From: Isoptericola halotolerans
GTDB lineage: Bacteria > Actinomycetota > Actinomycetes > Actinomycetales > Cellulomonadaceae
Length of the DNA stretch: 64,000 nucleotides
Direction: 5' to 3'
Assembly (NCBI RefSeq): GCF_013149785.1
Contig: NZ_JABEZU010000004.1
Span: forward strand, 372,001-436,000
Position 1 is the stretch's first letter. The number at the start of each line of letters is the position of its first letter. This document shows, piece after piece, positions 41,905 through 51,610 of this stretch. The translations under genes were made by a program, and so were the position numbers. The notes beneath the pieces are model-generated. The model worked only from the letters and a program-made list of their open reading frames with translations, was not told the origin of the DNA and ran no database searches.

Positions 41905-43791
41905 TCAGGACAGCGTGATCTCGTTCAGCTCGAGACGGTAGCGGTCGGCCTCGTCCGTCCCCGGCAGCTCGGTGATCCAGAGGACCAGGGAGTCGACGAT
42001 CACCGTCTCCTCCAGCTCGATCGTCGTGTCCTCCGAGAACGAGCCCTCGGCGAGCAGGTCCCCGCCGGTGGGGTCGTCGAAGGTGGTGGACCGGAGCTGC
42101 CAGGCGCCACCCGAGCTGTTCGTGCTGAGCTCGACCTGCGACACGGGGGCCCGCTCGCGCAGCTCGACGCCGTACCCCGCGCCCTCCTTGAAGCCACCCC
42201 AGGCCGGGTTGTTGTGATAGGTCAGGGTGAACCAGAAGGTCGAGGGATCCGCGTCGTAGGCGTACTCCACGGCCTCAGGGTGCTCGCCGTCACCCGCCGG
42301 GTCGATCTGGTCCCCGGTCTCGATGATCGGCCGGACCTCGGGCGTCTCCGCCTCGGTCGGCTCCGGTTCGCCCTCCTCACCGTCACCGTCCTCGCCGTCG
42401 TCCGTGGTCTCGGCCGGCTGCTCGGACGTCTGTGCCTGGGGCGGCGGATCCAGGTTGATGGGCGTGAAGGCCTGGGTCATGGCCCAGATCGCCGCCAGGA
42501 CGACGCCGACGAGCAGGACGCCGAGGACGATCGGCGTCGGGTTCACGCCCCGCTTCTGGGGAGCCGCCGTCGAGGCGAAGCCCCCGGTGCTCGGACTGGC
42601 CTCCGACGGAGGGGCGGCCTGGTTGACGACCGGAGGCTGACCCGGCGGACCGTAGCCCGCCGCGGGAGCGTAGGCGCCGCCCGTCTGGCCCGGGGGAGGC
42701 ACCGGAGGCTGCGCCGGCACCGGAGGCTGCCCGTAGGCGGCCGTCTGCCCGTAGGGGCCGGCGGGCCCGGGCGGAGGAGTTGCTGCCTGAGTGGCCTGCT
42801 GCTGGCCGTAGGCCGCTCCCGCCACGCTGCCGGCCACCCCGGCGCGAGCGATGCGACCCGTGGACGGGCGCCGCACCGGCGGTGCAGGGGGCGGCGTCCC
42901 CGGGCGGCTGCCGGAGCCGGCCGGGCTGCCTGCGCCCAGGACGGACGAACGAACCGGACGTTCCGGCGGAGGCTGCACGAACTGGGGCAGAGCGGCCACG
43001 ACGGACACCTGCCCCCAGGGCTCGAGCGCGGCCACGACCTCGGAGGGGTCCTCGGGTGCCGGGTGCGACCCGCCGAAGGTGCGCCGCACCAGGGCGTCGA
43101 TCTCGGGGTCGACGTGCGGTACCAGCTCCGAGACGGGAACGACCCCGCCCTCCGCCCCGGTCCGGGCCGACAACGGCCGGACGGCGTCAGGGGCGATCCA
43201 GGGCACGTCCAGGCTGTCCGCCGCCCACCGGGCGGTCAGTGCGTAGTACCCGAGAGCCACCAGGCCGCGAGCGTCGGATGCCGCAGCCTCGGCATCCGTC
43301 GGGTCGATGCCGGCGAGGCCCGCGTCGATGCCGAGCCCGGTGACGACCACCCGGTGGCCGTCCACGCGGACGGCGTCGGGGCGCAGCGCGCAGTGGTGCA
43401 CCCCTCGCTGCCGCGCTGCCTCGAGCGCCGTCGCCGCCTCACCCATGAGGGCTCGGGCCTGCTGGGCGTCGACCAGCCCGCGCGAGACGATCTGCGTCAG
43501 GGTCTCGCCGGAGAACGGCTCGGTGATGACGTAGGAACGCTCCCCGGCACCCAGGTCGGTGGCTCCGACGTCGAGGACCCGGCACAGCCGGGCGTCCGCC
43601 ACGAGGGCGGCGCGACGTGCGGCGTCGAGCGCGGCAGGTGCCTGGGGTCCGTCGACGAACGTCACGCGGACCGGCCGGTCGAGGATCTGGTCGTGGGCTT
43701 CCCACGCCTCCGCCGACGCCAGGTCGGTGCTGGCAGGCCGGGTCAGCCGGTAACGATCGACCATGACGGTCCCGGGCTGGACGGTGCTCAC
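41905..43791 (-). CDS. Membrane-anchored kinase-like (pseudokinase) protein with Pro-rich linker and C-terminal extracellular domain
   Basis: DRYRL, WEAHDQILDRPV; HHCALRPD replaces HRDxKP and TGLG replaces DFG; TM helix; GTG after GGAGG. Confidence 0.78.
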   Translation of the reverse strand: MSTVQPGTVMVDRYRLTRPASTDLASAEAWEAHDQILDRPVRVTFVDGPQAPAALDAARRAALVADARLCRVLDVGATDLGAGERSYVITEPFSGETLTQIVSRGLVDAQQARALMGEAATALEAARQRGVHHCALRPDAVRVDGHRVVVTGLGIDAGLAGIDPTDAEAAASDARGLVALGYYALTARWAADSLDVPWIAPDAVRPLSARTGAEGGVVPVSELVPHVDPEIDALVRRTFGGSHPAPEDPSEVVAALEPWGQVSVVAALPQFVQPPPERPVRSSVLGAGSPAGSGSRPGTPPPAPPVRRPSTGRIARAGVAGSVAGAAYGQQQATQAATPPPGPAGPYGQTAAYGQPPVPAQPPVPPPGQTGGAYAPAAGYGPPGQPPVVNQAAPPSEASPSTGGFASTAAPQKRGVNPTPIVLGVLLVGVVLAAIWAMTQAFTPINLDPPPQAQTSEQPAETTDDGEDGDGEEGEPEPTEAETPEVRPIIETGDQIDPAGDGEHPEAVEYAYDADPSTFWFTLTYHNNPAWGGFKEGAGYGVELRERAPVSQVELSTNSSGGAWQLRSTTFDDPTGGDLLAEGSFSEDTTIELEETVIVDSLVLWITELPGTDEADRYRLELNEITLS

Positions 43792-43885
43792 CTGGACGCC
43801 TCCGTGGGGGTGTGGTGGGGGAGTGGTCTCCGGCCGGACGGGCCGGAGGTCCGTTCCATCGGACCATGGTAGAGGTCGGCGGCTC

Positions 43886-45556
43886 TCATGCGCCGCTCCT
43901 GCCGACACGCCGCAGGATCGGCGCGAGCGCGTCGTCGAGCTCGCGCACACGCAGCAGCTTCAGCACACCCAGGTAGGCGACGGCCATGACGAGACCGGCG
44001 GCGGCGGTGACCAGCACGGCGTGCGGCCACGAGGACGACGCCGAGCCGTCCAGGAGGCGGACGACCAGCCAGCCGAGCCCCCCGGCGACGGCGGCTCCCA
44101 GGGCGGCCCGGACGTAGAGCCGCAGGACGCGCCGCCCGTCCATGCCGTGCAGCTTGCGGCTCATGCCACGCACGCGCAGCAGCAGCGAGATCCAGGTCGA
44201 CAGGGCGAACGCGCCCCCGGCGGCGACGGCCCACGCGGTGACGGGCAGCGTCATCGAGGCCACCCACAGCGCGGCGACGAGCGACGCCGTGGCGATGACC
44301 TGGATGACGAACACGCTCCGACCGTCCTCGAAGGCGAAGTACATGCGGCGCACCAGGACGGTCGCTCCCAGCGCGATCGCACCGAAGGCCATCGCCTGCA
44401 GCACGGGTGCCACGGCCTCCACCTGGGGCGCTGACGCCGACGGGAGCAGGGCCTTCGTGAGGGGGAACGCGAGCACGGCGAGCGCCGTCGCGGAGAAGAC
44501 GGAGAACACGCCGGCGGAGCGGAGCCCCAGGGACATGTCGCGACGTACGCCGGGCAGGTCTCCCGCTGTGACGGCGGCGCTCATCCGGGGGAACAGGACC
44601 GTGACGATGGAGACGACCACGATCGAGTGCGGCAGCAGGTAGATCGTCATGGCGTTCGTGTAGGCGGCGTTGCCGGGGGCGACGTCGCCGGCCTGGACGG
44701 CGGCCTGGCCGGCCGCGCCGACGATGTTCGTCAGGTAGACGACACCGAGCTGTTCCAGCACGACGGCGCCCAGGGTCCAACCGACGACCTTGCCCGCCGA
44801 CCGCAGGCCGATCCCGCGCAGCCCGAGCCGGAAGCCCCACCGGAACCCTGCCTTGCGCAGGGCGGGGACGAGGATGAGCGCCTGGGCGGCGATGCCAAGG
44901 GTCGCGGTGCCGGCCAGCAGGACCGTCTGCAGGGTGGTCCACCCGCCGATGTCGTTGATGCCGTCGGCAGGCGCGTCGCCGAACAGCAGCAGGAAGGCAC
45001 CGAACCCGAGGAGAGACACGACGTTGTTGGCCACCGGTGCCCAGCCGTAGGCCGCGAACCGACCGTGGGCGCTGAGGACCTGGCCCAGGAGCGTGTAGAG
45101 ACCGTAGAAGAAGAGCTGGGGGAGGCACCAGTAGGCGAAGACGACGGCGAGCTGGCGTGCTTCGGGCGTCCAGCTGTCGCTGAGCGTCATGATGTGGACG
45201 ACCACGGGCGCAGCGGCCACGAGGACGATCGTGCCCGACAGCAGGCCGAGCCCCGAGATCGTGAGGAGCTTGTCGAGACGCTCACGGGCGTTGGGCGCCT
45301 GCATGGACTTCATGATCTGCGGCACGAGCACGGCCTGGAGGAACCCGGCCGAGATCAGCGCGAACAGCATGTTCGGCAGCTTGTTGGCGATGTCGAAGGC
45401 GTTGGCGGCGGTGCCGACCGTCCCCACGCATGCCACCAGCAGCATGGTGCGCACCAGACCCGACGCGCGTGACGCCGTCGTGCCCAGGGACATGGCGAGG
45501 GACCCGCGTCCCAGACTGGCCTTGCGTACCCCGCGCTCGGGGTGGTCGGCGGTCAT
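43886..45556 (-). CDS. murJ: Lipid II flippase MurJ/MviN
   Basis: GTTASRASGLVR, AFDIANKLPN, LPQLFFYG, APVANN, LPHS; multi-TM. Confidence 0.93.
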   Translation of the reverse strand: MTADHPERGVRKASLGRGSLAMSLGTTASRASGLVRTMLLVACVGTVGTAANAFDIANKLPNMLFALISAGFLQAVLVPQIMKSMQAPNARERLDKLLTISGLGLLSGTIVLVAAAPVVVHIMTLSDSWTPEARQLAVVFAYWCLPQLFFYGLYTLLGQVLSAHGRFAAYGWAPVANNVVSLLGFGAFLLLFGDAPADGINDIGGWTTLQTVLLAGTATLGIAAQALILVPALRKAGFRWGFRLGLRGIGLRSAGKVVGWTLGAVVLEQLGVVYLTNIVGAAGQAAVQAGDVAPGNAAYTNAMTIYLLPHSIVVVSIVTVLFPRMSAAVTAGDLPGVRRDMSLGLRSAGVFSVFSATALAVLAFPLTKALLPSASAPQVEAVAPVLQAMAFGAIALGATVLVRRMYFAFEDGRSVFVIQVIATASLVAALWVASMTLPVTAWAVAAGGAFALSTWISLLLRVRGMSRKLHGMDGRRVLRLYVRAALGAAVAGGLGWLVVRLLDGSASSSWPHAVLVTAAAGLVMAVAYLGVLKLLRVRELDDALAPILRRVGRSGA

Positions 45557-47664
45557 GCCTGGGGATCCTCCGGTGTGGACGGTGTCGGGCGGTAGGCGGG
45601 TGTCTCCTGCGTGGCGGCGCTCTGTGCGTCCTCGGCGGTGGTGCGGCTGTCCGAGCGGCCCCGTCGGACCGTACGCCAGATCCCGGCCACGAACAGCAGC
45701 CCCACCCCGACGGCCATGACCGAGGTCCCGACCGTCTCCCACCCGGCGCGGACCTGGACGGCGAACTCGGTCGGTGCGGTGACCGCGGCGCCGCTCGGCG
45801 CGATCACCTGCACCGCGAGGTTCACGTCACCGGAGCCGATCGCGCGGACCCTGACCTCGGCGTCCCGCGACTCGCCGGCGGGCACGACGATGGTGGGGGA
45901 CGTCTCGACGACGAGGCGGGGGTCGTCCGGCTGCAGGGTGACCGTGACGGTGGCGTCCGTCGGCAGGTCGTTGCGCACGCGGACGGGCAGGTTCCCGGTG
46001 TCGCTGATGAGGAGGACGTCGGCGCGGCCGACCACCCGGATCCCCGAGCGGAGCTGGTCGGCGTTCGCCTGGGCGAGGTCGGCCGCGGACTCGCGACCCT
46101 CCCGGTCGGAGCGGTAGGCCACGGCCAGCGGGGCGACCAGGTCGCGGTCGACGCTGCCGGCGAGCTCTCGCGGGTCGGTGGCCACCGTGGCGAACGCCAT
46201 GACGTCGTCGAGGTCGTCGACCAGGCTCTGGACCGCTCGGGGCCGCAGCTCGGCGTCGTCGACCACGCGGGCGTCCACGTCCGCGCGCGGCGCGTCCGAC
46301 GGCGGCTGGTCGAGGACCTCCGTGAACGGGACGGGGTCCACCCACTCCTGACCGGAGAGGGCGGAGGTGATCGCCTGGTAGGCGTCCACGTCCGGGGCCC
46401 AGCCTCGTGGCATGGCGGCCACGACCGTGAGCGGGGTGCCCAGGTCGGCCGCGGAGGTGGCGAGCACGGCGGTGTCCGCCAGCAGCCGTTGGACGGCTGT
46501 GGTCGTCGCGGACGGACCGCCCGGTGACGTGGCCGCCGCCAGGGCCTCGCTCAGCGCCGCGTCGGCGACCACGACGGAGACGTCCCCGGAGGAGGTGGCC
46601 ACCGTGTCGGTGGCCGACGCCCGGATGCCGGCATCGGGCTGGAGGCCGTCGGTGACCAGGACGTGCTGGGCCCCGGTGGAGCGCGAGGCAGCGAGCGTCT
46701 CGAGGTCCGCGGTTCCCTGGGGCCAGGCGATCGGCGGGCCCCAGGCGTCCGGGGCGGACCACGAGGTGGGCAGCAGGCCGCTCGGGTCGGTCACCGCCCG
46801 CAGCCCGCTGGGTTGCACGCCGGCGTGGGCGAGGGCCGCGAGGTCGGTGTCGTACGGGGGCAGGGTGACGACGTCCGCGACGCCGGGGCGTTGGAGCCGG
46901 GCGGCCCAGGAGCCGAGCTCGCCGTCGCCGGAGGCGGCGGCCGCCGCGACGACCGCCGGATCCACGGCGAGCGAGAGCCCTGCCTCGCTCGCGGCGGCGA
47001 GAAGCCGTGCGTCGGCACCGCCTTCCGCGACGCGGTCGAACAGGGCTGCGACCTGCTCCTCGGGTGCGGCCGGGTCCAGCGGCGGTCCCGTCACGGGGGC
47101 GACCACCGCGAGGGACAGCGGCGCCGGAGAGCTGCGGCCCGAACGCTCCGTGCCTCCGTCGGGGTCGTAGAGCAGGAACGAGTGCAGGACGTCGACGGGT
47201 GCGCCGTCGTCCAGGACCTCGACCGAGAGCTGGCGCGGGCCCCACGCCGCGTCGTCGCCGAGCTGGAGGGTCGAGATCCCCAGCTCGAACGTGACGTCGG
47301 TGGAACCACCGTCGGGGACGTCGTCGACGGGCAGGCTGAGCTGGCGCGCCGCGGTCCGTGTCGACGTGCCCTCGGCCCAGCTGGTCACCCCGGCGCGCGT
47401 CGAGACCTCCCGCCATCCGACGCCCAGGTCGGCGCGGAGCCCGCTCAGGTCGCTGCCGGAGTCGTTGGTGATGCGGACGGTGATGTCCTGGGTGCTGCCC
47501 GGCCCGACGACGGTCGGGGACATGTCGACGAGCTCGACCGTGACGCCGTCGTGCGCCGCGGCGATCGGCGCGGGGGCCGTCGTGAGGATGCCCGCGAGCA
47601 CGAGGGTGGACACGACGAGGGCGAGGGCGCGGGGCAGGAGCGCCGCTGCACGGGGGAAGGTCAC
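45553..47664 (-). CDS. Secreted/membrane-anchored protein, DUF6049-like
   Basis: Signal peptide, WGPRQLSV, PYDTD, LPVRVRNDL, C-terminal TM; standard position before murJ. Confidence 0.8.
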   Translation of the reverse strand: MTFPRAAALLPRALALVVSTLVLAGILTTAPAPIAAAHDGVTVELVDMSPTVVGPGSTQDITVRITNDSGSDLSGLRADLGVGWREVSTRAGVTSWAEGTSTRTAARQLSLPVDDVPDGGSTDVTFELGISTLQLGDDAAWGPRQLSVEVLDDGAPVDVLHSFLLYDPDGGTERSGRSSPAPLSLAVVAPVTGPPLDPAAPEEQVAALFDRVAEGGADARLLAAASEAGLSLAVDPAVVAAAAASGDGELGSWAARLQRPGVADVVTLPPYDTDLAALAHAGVQPSGLRAVTDPSGLLPTSWSAPDAWGPPIAWPQGTADLETLAASRSTGAQHVLVTDGLQPDAGIRASATDTVATSSGDVSVVVADAALSEALAAATSPGGPSATTTAVQRLLADTAVLATSAADLGTPLTVVAAMPRGWAPDVDAYQAITSALSGQEWVDPVPFTEVLDQPPSDAPRADVDARVVDDAELRPRAVQSLVDDLDDVMAFATVATDPRELAGSVDRDLVAPLAVAYRSDREGRESAADLAQANADQLRSGIRVVGRADVLLISDTGNLPVRVRNDLPTDATVTVTLQPDDPRLVVETSPTIVVPAGESRDAEVRVRAIGSGDVNLAVQVIAPSGAAVTAPTEFAVQVRAGWETVGTSVMAVGVGLLFVAGIWRTVRRGRSDSRTTAEDAQSAATQETPAYRPTPSTPEDPQA

Positions 47665-47674
47665 GCGGTGGCCC

Positions 47675-48283
47675 TCACTCGACGAGCTCGGGGCGGTGGG
47701 AGAGCGTCTGGATCGCCGTGAGGGCGAGGCGCTGCTCGTTCGGGTAGGCGAGACGCTCCGGGAGCTCGTCGAGCTGCACCCAGCACGCGTCCTCGGCCTC
47801 GCCGTCCGGGTCGCCGGCCGCCGAGATCACCCCGCCCTCGGAGCGCAGCAGGAAGTGGTGGACGACCTTGTGGACGCGACGGTCCTCCCCGCTGAACCAG
47901 TAGTCGATCATGCCGAGGGTGCCTCGGACGGTGCCGACGATCCCCGTCTCCTCGCGGATCTCGCGCACGGCCGCCTCCTCCGGCGTCTCGACGCCCTCGA
48001 GGTGTCCTTTCGGCAGGCACATCTCCAGGCGTCCGGCACGGTTGCGACGCAGGATCACGGCGGCCCGGTGCCCGGAGGGGTGTCGTTCGACGACGAGGCC
48101 ACCGGCCGAGGTCTCGTCCACGACGGGCAGGTGGCCGGACTGGACGGGTCCCGCCCCGGGCGTGGCCTGGCTGCCGTGCAGGCGCGCAGGGTCGACCCGC
48201 AAGGGGTGCCCGCCGGGCGGGACGGGCACCGGGACGGACGGGCGCCCGTCGGGAGCGCCAGGCGCCGGTGCCGCAGAAGACAT
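47675..48283 (-). CDS. NUDIX hydrolase
   Basis: ETSAGGLV, LPKGHLEGVETPEEAAVREIREETG (Nudix box); TAGGGT-N6-ATG. Confidence 0.92.
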   Translation of the reverse strand: MSSAAPAPGAPDGRPSVPVPVPPGGHPLRVDPARLHGSQATPGAGPVQSGHLPVVDETSAGGLVVERHPSGHRAAVILRRNRAGRLEMCLPKGHLEGVETPEEAAVREIREETGIVGTVRGTLGMIDYWFSGEDRRVHKVVHHFLLRSEGGVISAAGDPDGEAEDACWVQLDELPERLAYPNEQRLALTAIQTLSHRPELVE

Positions 48284-48460
48284 GGCCATACCCTACCGAG
48301 TTCGCCGGGGCACCCCGACGTCCCGGCGGGTCGGGCCGCGCTCCGGGCGACCTCACCGGGGCCCGGCGAGGTCGGTGACGCAATCCGGACAATTGGTCCG
48401 CTCCGCACGGTGATGCGGAACCGACGCGCGCGGGTCGGCGATCTGGGAGGATGGGACGTC

Positions 48461-49933
48461 GTGTCGACCCCCGCGAATCCTGCTCCCGCCCAGCTCCTGC
48501 GCCGGGCCCTGAGCGTGCTGACCCAGATGGCCCCTGCCGCCGTCGAGCTCGGCGAGATCTTTGCCGCCGCCGGGCACGAGCTGGCCCTCGTGGGCGGGCC
48601 GGTCCGGGACGCGTTCCTGGGCCGCGCGAGCGCCGACCTGGACTTCGCGACGTCCGCCTCGCCGGACGAGACGCAACGGATCCTCGCGCGCTGGGGCGAC
48701 GCCCACTGGGACATCGGCAAGGAGTTCGGGACCATCGGTGCGCGCCGCCACGGCCGGGACGGAGCCGACGACGTGGTCGTGGAGGTGACGACGTACCGCA
48801 CGGACGAGTACGACCCCGCCTCGCGCAAGCCGGTCGTGGCGTTCGGCGACTCGCTCGACGGGGACCTCTCCCGGCGTGACCTCACCGTCAACGCGATGGC
48901 GGTGCGGCTGCCCGACCTCACCTTCGTCGACCCGTTCGGCGGCCTGACCGACCTCGCCGCGAAGGTGCTCCGCACCCCGATCGCCCCCGAGCGGTCGTTC
49001 GACGACGACCCGCTGCGGATGCTCCGCGTCGCCCGGTTCGCCGCCCAGCTCGAGTTCGACGTCGAGCCGGCGACCCGGGCGGCGATCGTGGACATGGCGC
49101 CCCGGCTCGACATCGTCTCGGCCGAGCGAGTCCAGGCCGAGCTGGTCAAGCTGCTGTGCTCGCGGGCGCCTCGCGCCGGGCTCGAGGTGCTGGTGCAGAC
49201 CGGCATGGCCGAGCACGTGCTGCCCGAGCTGCCCGCGCTGCGCCTGGAGATCGACGAGCACCACCGGCACAAGGACGTCTACGAGCACTCGCTGATCGTG
49301 CTCGACCAGGCCATCGCCCAGGAGACCGGGCCGAACGGCGCGGTCCCGGCGCCGGACCTCGTGCTCCGGCTGGCGGCGCTGCTGCACGACATCGGCAAGC
49401 CCCCGACACGTCGTTTCGAGCCGGGTGGCGGAGTCAGCTTCCACCACCATGAGGTCGTCGGCGCCAAGATGGTGGCCAAGCGTCTGCGTGCCCTGAAGTT
49501 CGAGAAGCAGGTCGTCAAGGACGTCGCCCGGCTCGTCGAGCTGCACCTGCGCTTCCACGGCTACGGCGACGGCTCCTGGTCGGACTCCGCGGTCCGCCGC
49601 TACGTGACCGACGCCGGGCCGCTGCTCGAGCGGCTGCACCGGCTCACCCGCGCCGACTGCACGACCCGGAACCGGCGCAAGGCCAAGCGTCTCGCCGACG
49701 CCTACACCGACCTCGAGGAGCGGATCGCGCGCCTGCGTGAGCAGGAGGAGATCGACTCGATCCGTCCCGACCTGGACGGCAAGCAGATCATGGCGATCCT
49801 GGGCATCCCGCCGGGACGCGACGTCGGCGCGGCCTACCAGCACCTGCTCGCGCTGCGCATGGAGCACGGCCCGCTCGGCGAGGAGCGCGCCACGGCGGAG
49901 CTGAGGTCCTGGTGGGAGGCCCGTCAGGACTGA
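48461..49933 (+). CDS. cca: CCA-adding tRNA nucleotidyltransferase with HD domain
   Basis: VGGPVRD, DLDFAT, RRDLTVNAMA, DDPLRMLR, LLHDIGKP. Confidence 0.94.
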   Translation: MSTPANPAPAQLLRRALSVLTQMAPAAVELGEIFAAAGHELALVGGPVRDAFLGRASADLDFATSASPDETQRILARWGDAHWDIGKEFGTIGARRHGRDGADDVVVEVTTYRTDEYDPASRKPVVAFGDSLDGDLSRRDLTVNAMAVRLPDLTFVDPFGGLTDLAAKVLRTPIAPERSFDDDPLRMLRVARFAAQLEFDVEPATRAAIVDMAPRLDIVSAERVQAELVKLLCSRAPRAGLEVLVQTGMAEHVLPELPALRLEIDEHHRHKDVYEHSLIVLDQAIAQETGPNGAVPAPDLVLRLAALLHDIGKPPTRRFEPGGGVSFHHHEVVGAKMVAKRLRALKFEKQVVKDVARLVELHLRFHGYGDGSWSDSAVRRYVTDAGPLLERLHRLTRADCTTRNRRKAKRLADAYTDLEERIARLREQEEIDSIRPDLDGKQIMAILGIPPGRDVGAAYQHLLALRMEHGPLGEERATAELRSWWEARQD

Positions 49934-49976
49934 ACGGGCCTCCCCAGAGGTTCCGGCGCCGGGCCGTACGCCCGGC

Positions 49977-51449
49977 TCAGTGCGTGGCCGGGGCCGCCGG
50001 GGTCTCCGACTTGCGCAGCCGCGTGGCCAGCACCAGCGCCGCGACGACGACGACGGCCGCCACCGTGAAGGCGAGCTGTGCGCCTCCGGCGGTGGCTTCC
50101 GCCTCGGAGGCACCGCCGTCGACCAGCGTCACCTTGCGCAGCGTCAGCAGCGCCACGAACAGCGCGGTGCCGGCCGCCCCGGCGAGCTGCTGCACGGTCG
50201 TGATCGCCGCCGAGCCGTGGGAGTACAGCGTGGGCTTCAGACCACCGAGGGCCGAGGTGAACGTCGGCGTGAAGATGAACGCCAGGCCGAGGCTGAGCAC
50301 GAGGTGGCCCGCGACGACGAGCCACAGGGGCGACGTCGGCGCGAGGCTCGCGAACAGCAGCATCGCGACACCGACGGCGGCGACGCCGGGGATCGCGAGC
50401 GGTCGGGGGCCCACACGGTCGTAGAGCCGACCGACGACCGGGCCGAGCAGACCCATGAGGAGGCCGCCGGGCAGCATCAGCAGGCCCGCGGTGAGCGCGT
50501 CCAGCCCCATCGCCCGCTGGAGGACCAGCGGGAGCCCGATGATCATGCCGAACATCGCGATCATGCTGACGGCCATGACCGCCAGCCCGATCGTGAAGCC
50601 CTGGGCGCGGAAGACACGCAGGTCGAGCAGCGCCGCGTCGGTGCGCTGCAGCACGATCTGACGCCACACGAACAGGCCCAGGATCATCGACCCCGCGACC
50701 AGGGGGACGGCGGGAGAGACCGCCATGGCGTGCTGCGCAGCCTCACCGAGGGCCGACAGCCCGTAGACCAGGCCGCCGAAGGCGCCGGCCGCGAGCACCA
50801 CGGACAGCGGGTCGAGGCGGGTCCGTGCGCGGTTCGCGACGTCCCGGACGAGCAGCGCCCCGAGCAGCAGCGACAGCGCCGAGATCGGCAGCACCACCCA
50901 GAACACCTCGCGCCAGCCCAGCGAGGTGACGACGGCGCCGGAGACTGTCGGACCGAGCGCGGGCGCGACGGCGATCACGAGGGAGACGTTGCCCATCACC
51001 CGGCCGCGGCGGTGGGGCGGCACCGTGCTCATGACCGTCGTCATGAGCAGCGGCATCATGATCGCGGTGCCCGTGGCCTGGACCACGCGGGCGGCGACGA
51101 GCAGCCCGAAGACGGGTGCGATCGCCGCGAGGAAGGTCCCCGCGGTGAACAGGGACATCGCGAGGATGAACGCTCCGCGGGTGCCGAGGCGTTGCAGGAG
51201 CCAACCGGTGGTGGGGATGACCACGGCCATCGTCAGCAGGAAGCCGGTGGTCAGCCACTGGCCGGACGACTCCGTGATGCCGAACTCGTCCATGACGGCC
51301 GGGAGCGCGACGCCCATCGTGGTCTCGTTGAGGATGACGACGAACGCGGAGACCAGCAGCAGCGCGATGACCCGCACGTGCTCGCGCGGCAGGCGGTCCT
51401 CCTGCGGTGCGACGGGCCCGGGCGGAACCTCGGTGGTGCGTGCAGACAT
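49977..51449 (-). CDS. MFS DHA2 family (LmrB-like) efflux transporter
   Basis: ILNETTMGVALP, QWLTTGFLL, APALGPTVSG, GRLYDRVGPR; multi-TM. Confidence 0.92.
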   Translation of the reverse strand: MSARTTEVPPGPVAPQEDRLPREHVRVIALLLVSAFVVILNETTMGVALPAVMDEFGITESSGQWLTTGFLLTMAVVIPTTGWLLQRLGTRGAFILAMSLFTAGTFLAAIAPVFGLLVAARVVQATGTAIMMPLLMTTVMSTVPPHRRGRVMGNVSLVIAVAPALGPTVSGAVVTSLGWREVFWVVLPISALSLLLGALLVRDVANRARTRLDPLSVVLAAGAFGGLVYGLSALGEAAQHAMAVSPAVPLVAGSMILGLFVWRQIVLQRTDAALLDLRVFRAQGFTIGLAVMAVSMIAMFGMIIGLPLVLQRAMGLDALTAGLLMLPGGLLMGLLGPVVGRLYDRVGPRPLAIPGVAAVGVAMLLFASLAPTSPLWLVVAGHLVLSLGLAFIFTPTFTSALGGLKPTLYSHGSAAITTVQQLAGAAGTALFVALLTLRKVTLVDGGASEAEATAGGAQLAFTVAAVVVVAALVLATRLRKSETPAAPATH

Positions 51450-51503
51450 GTGTCCCCTCGGGCTCGGCGGATGTGGTGACCGCGGGCGACGCTGCGCACG
51501 GAC

Positions 51504-51518
51504 TGACCTGTCAGGTCA
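51504..51518. promoter_or_regulatory. 7-1-7 palindrome upstream of the MFS gene, putative operator
   Basis: TGACCTG-T-CAGGTCA about 55 bp upstream of the start codon. Confidence 0.45.
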
Positions 51519-51610
51519 AGGCGTCACCAGCGTGCGATATTCCGTGCGAGGGTGCGACTGATTTTCCGCTGCGGACTCATCGGTCCGCGCCAGGAGCGGT
51601 TCGGCCGCTG

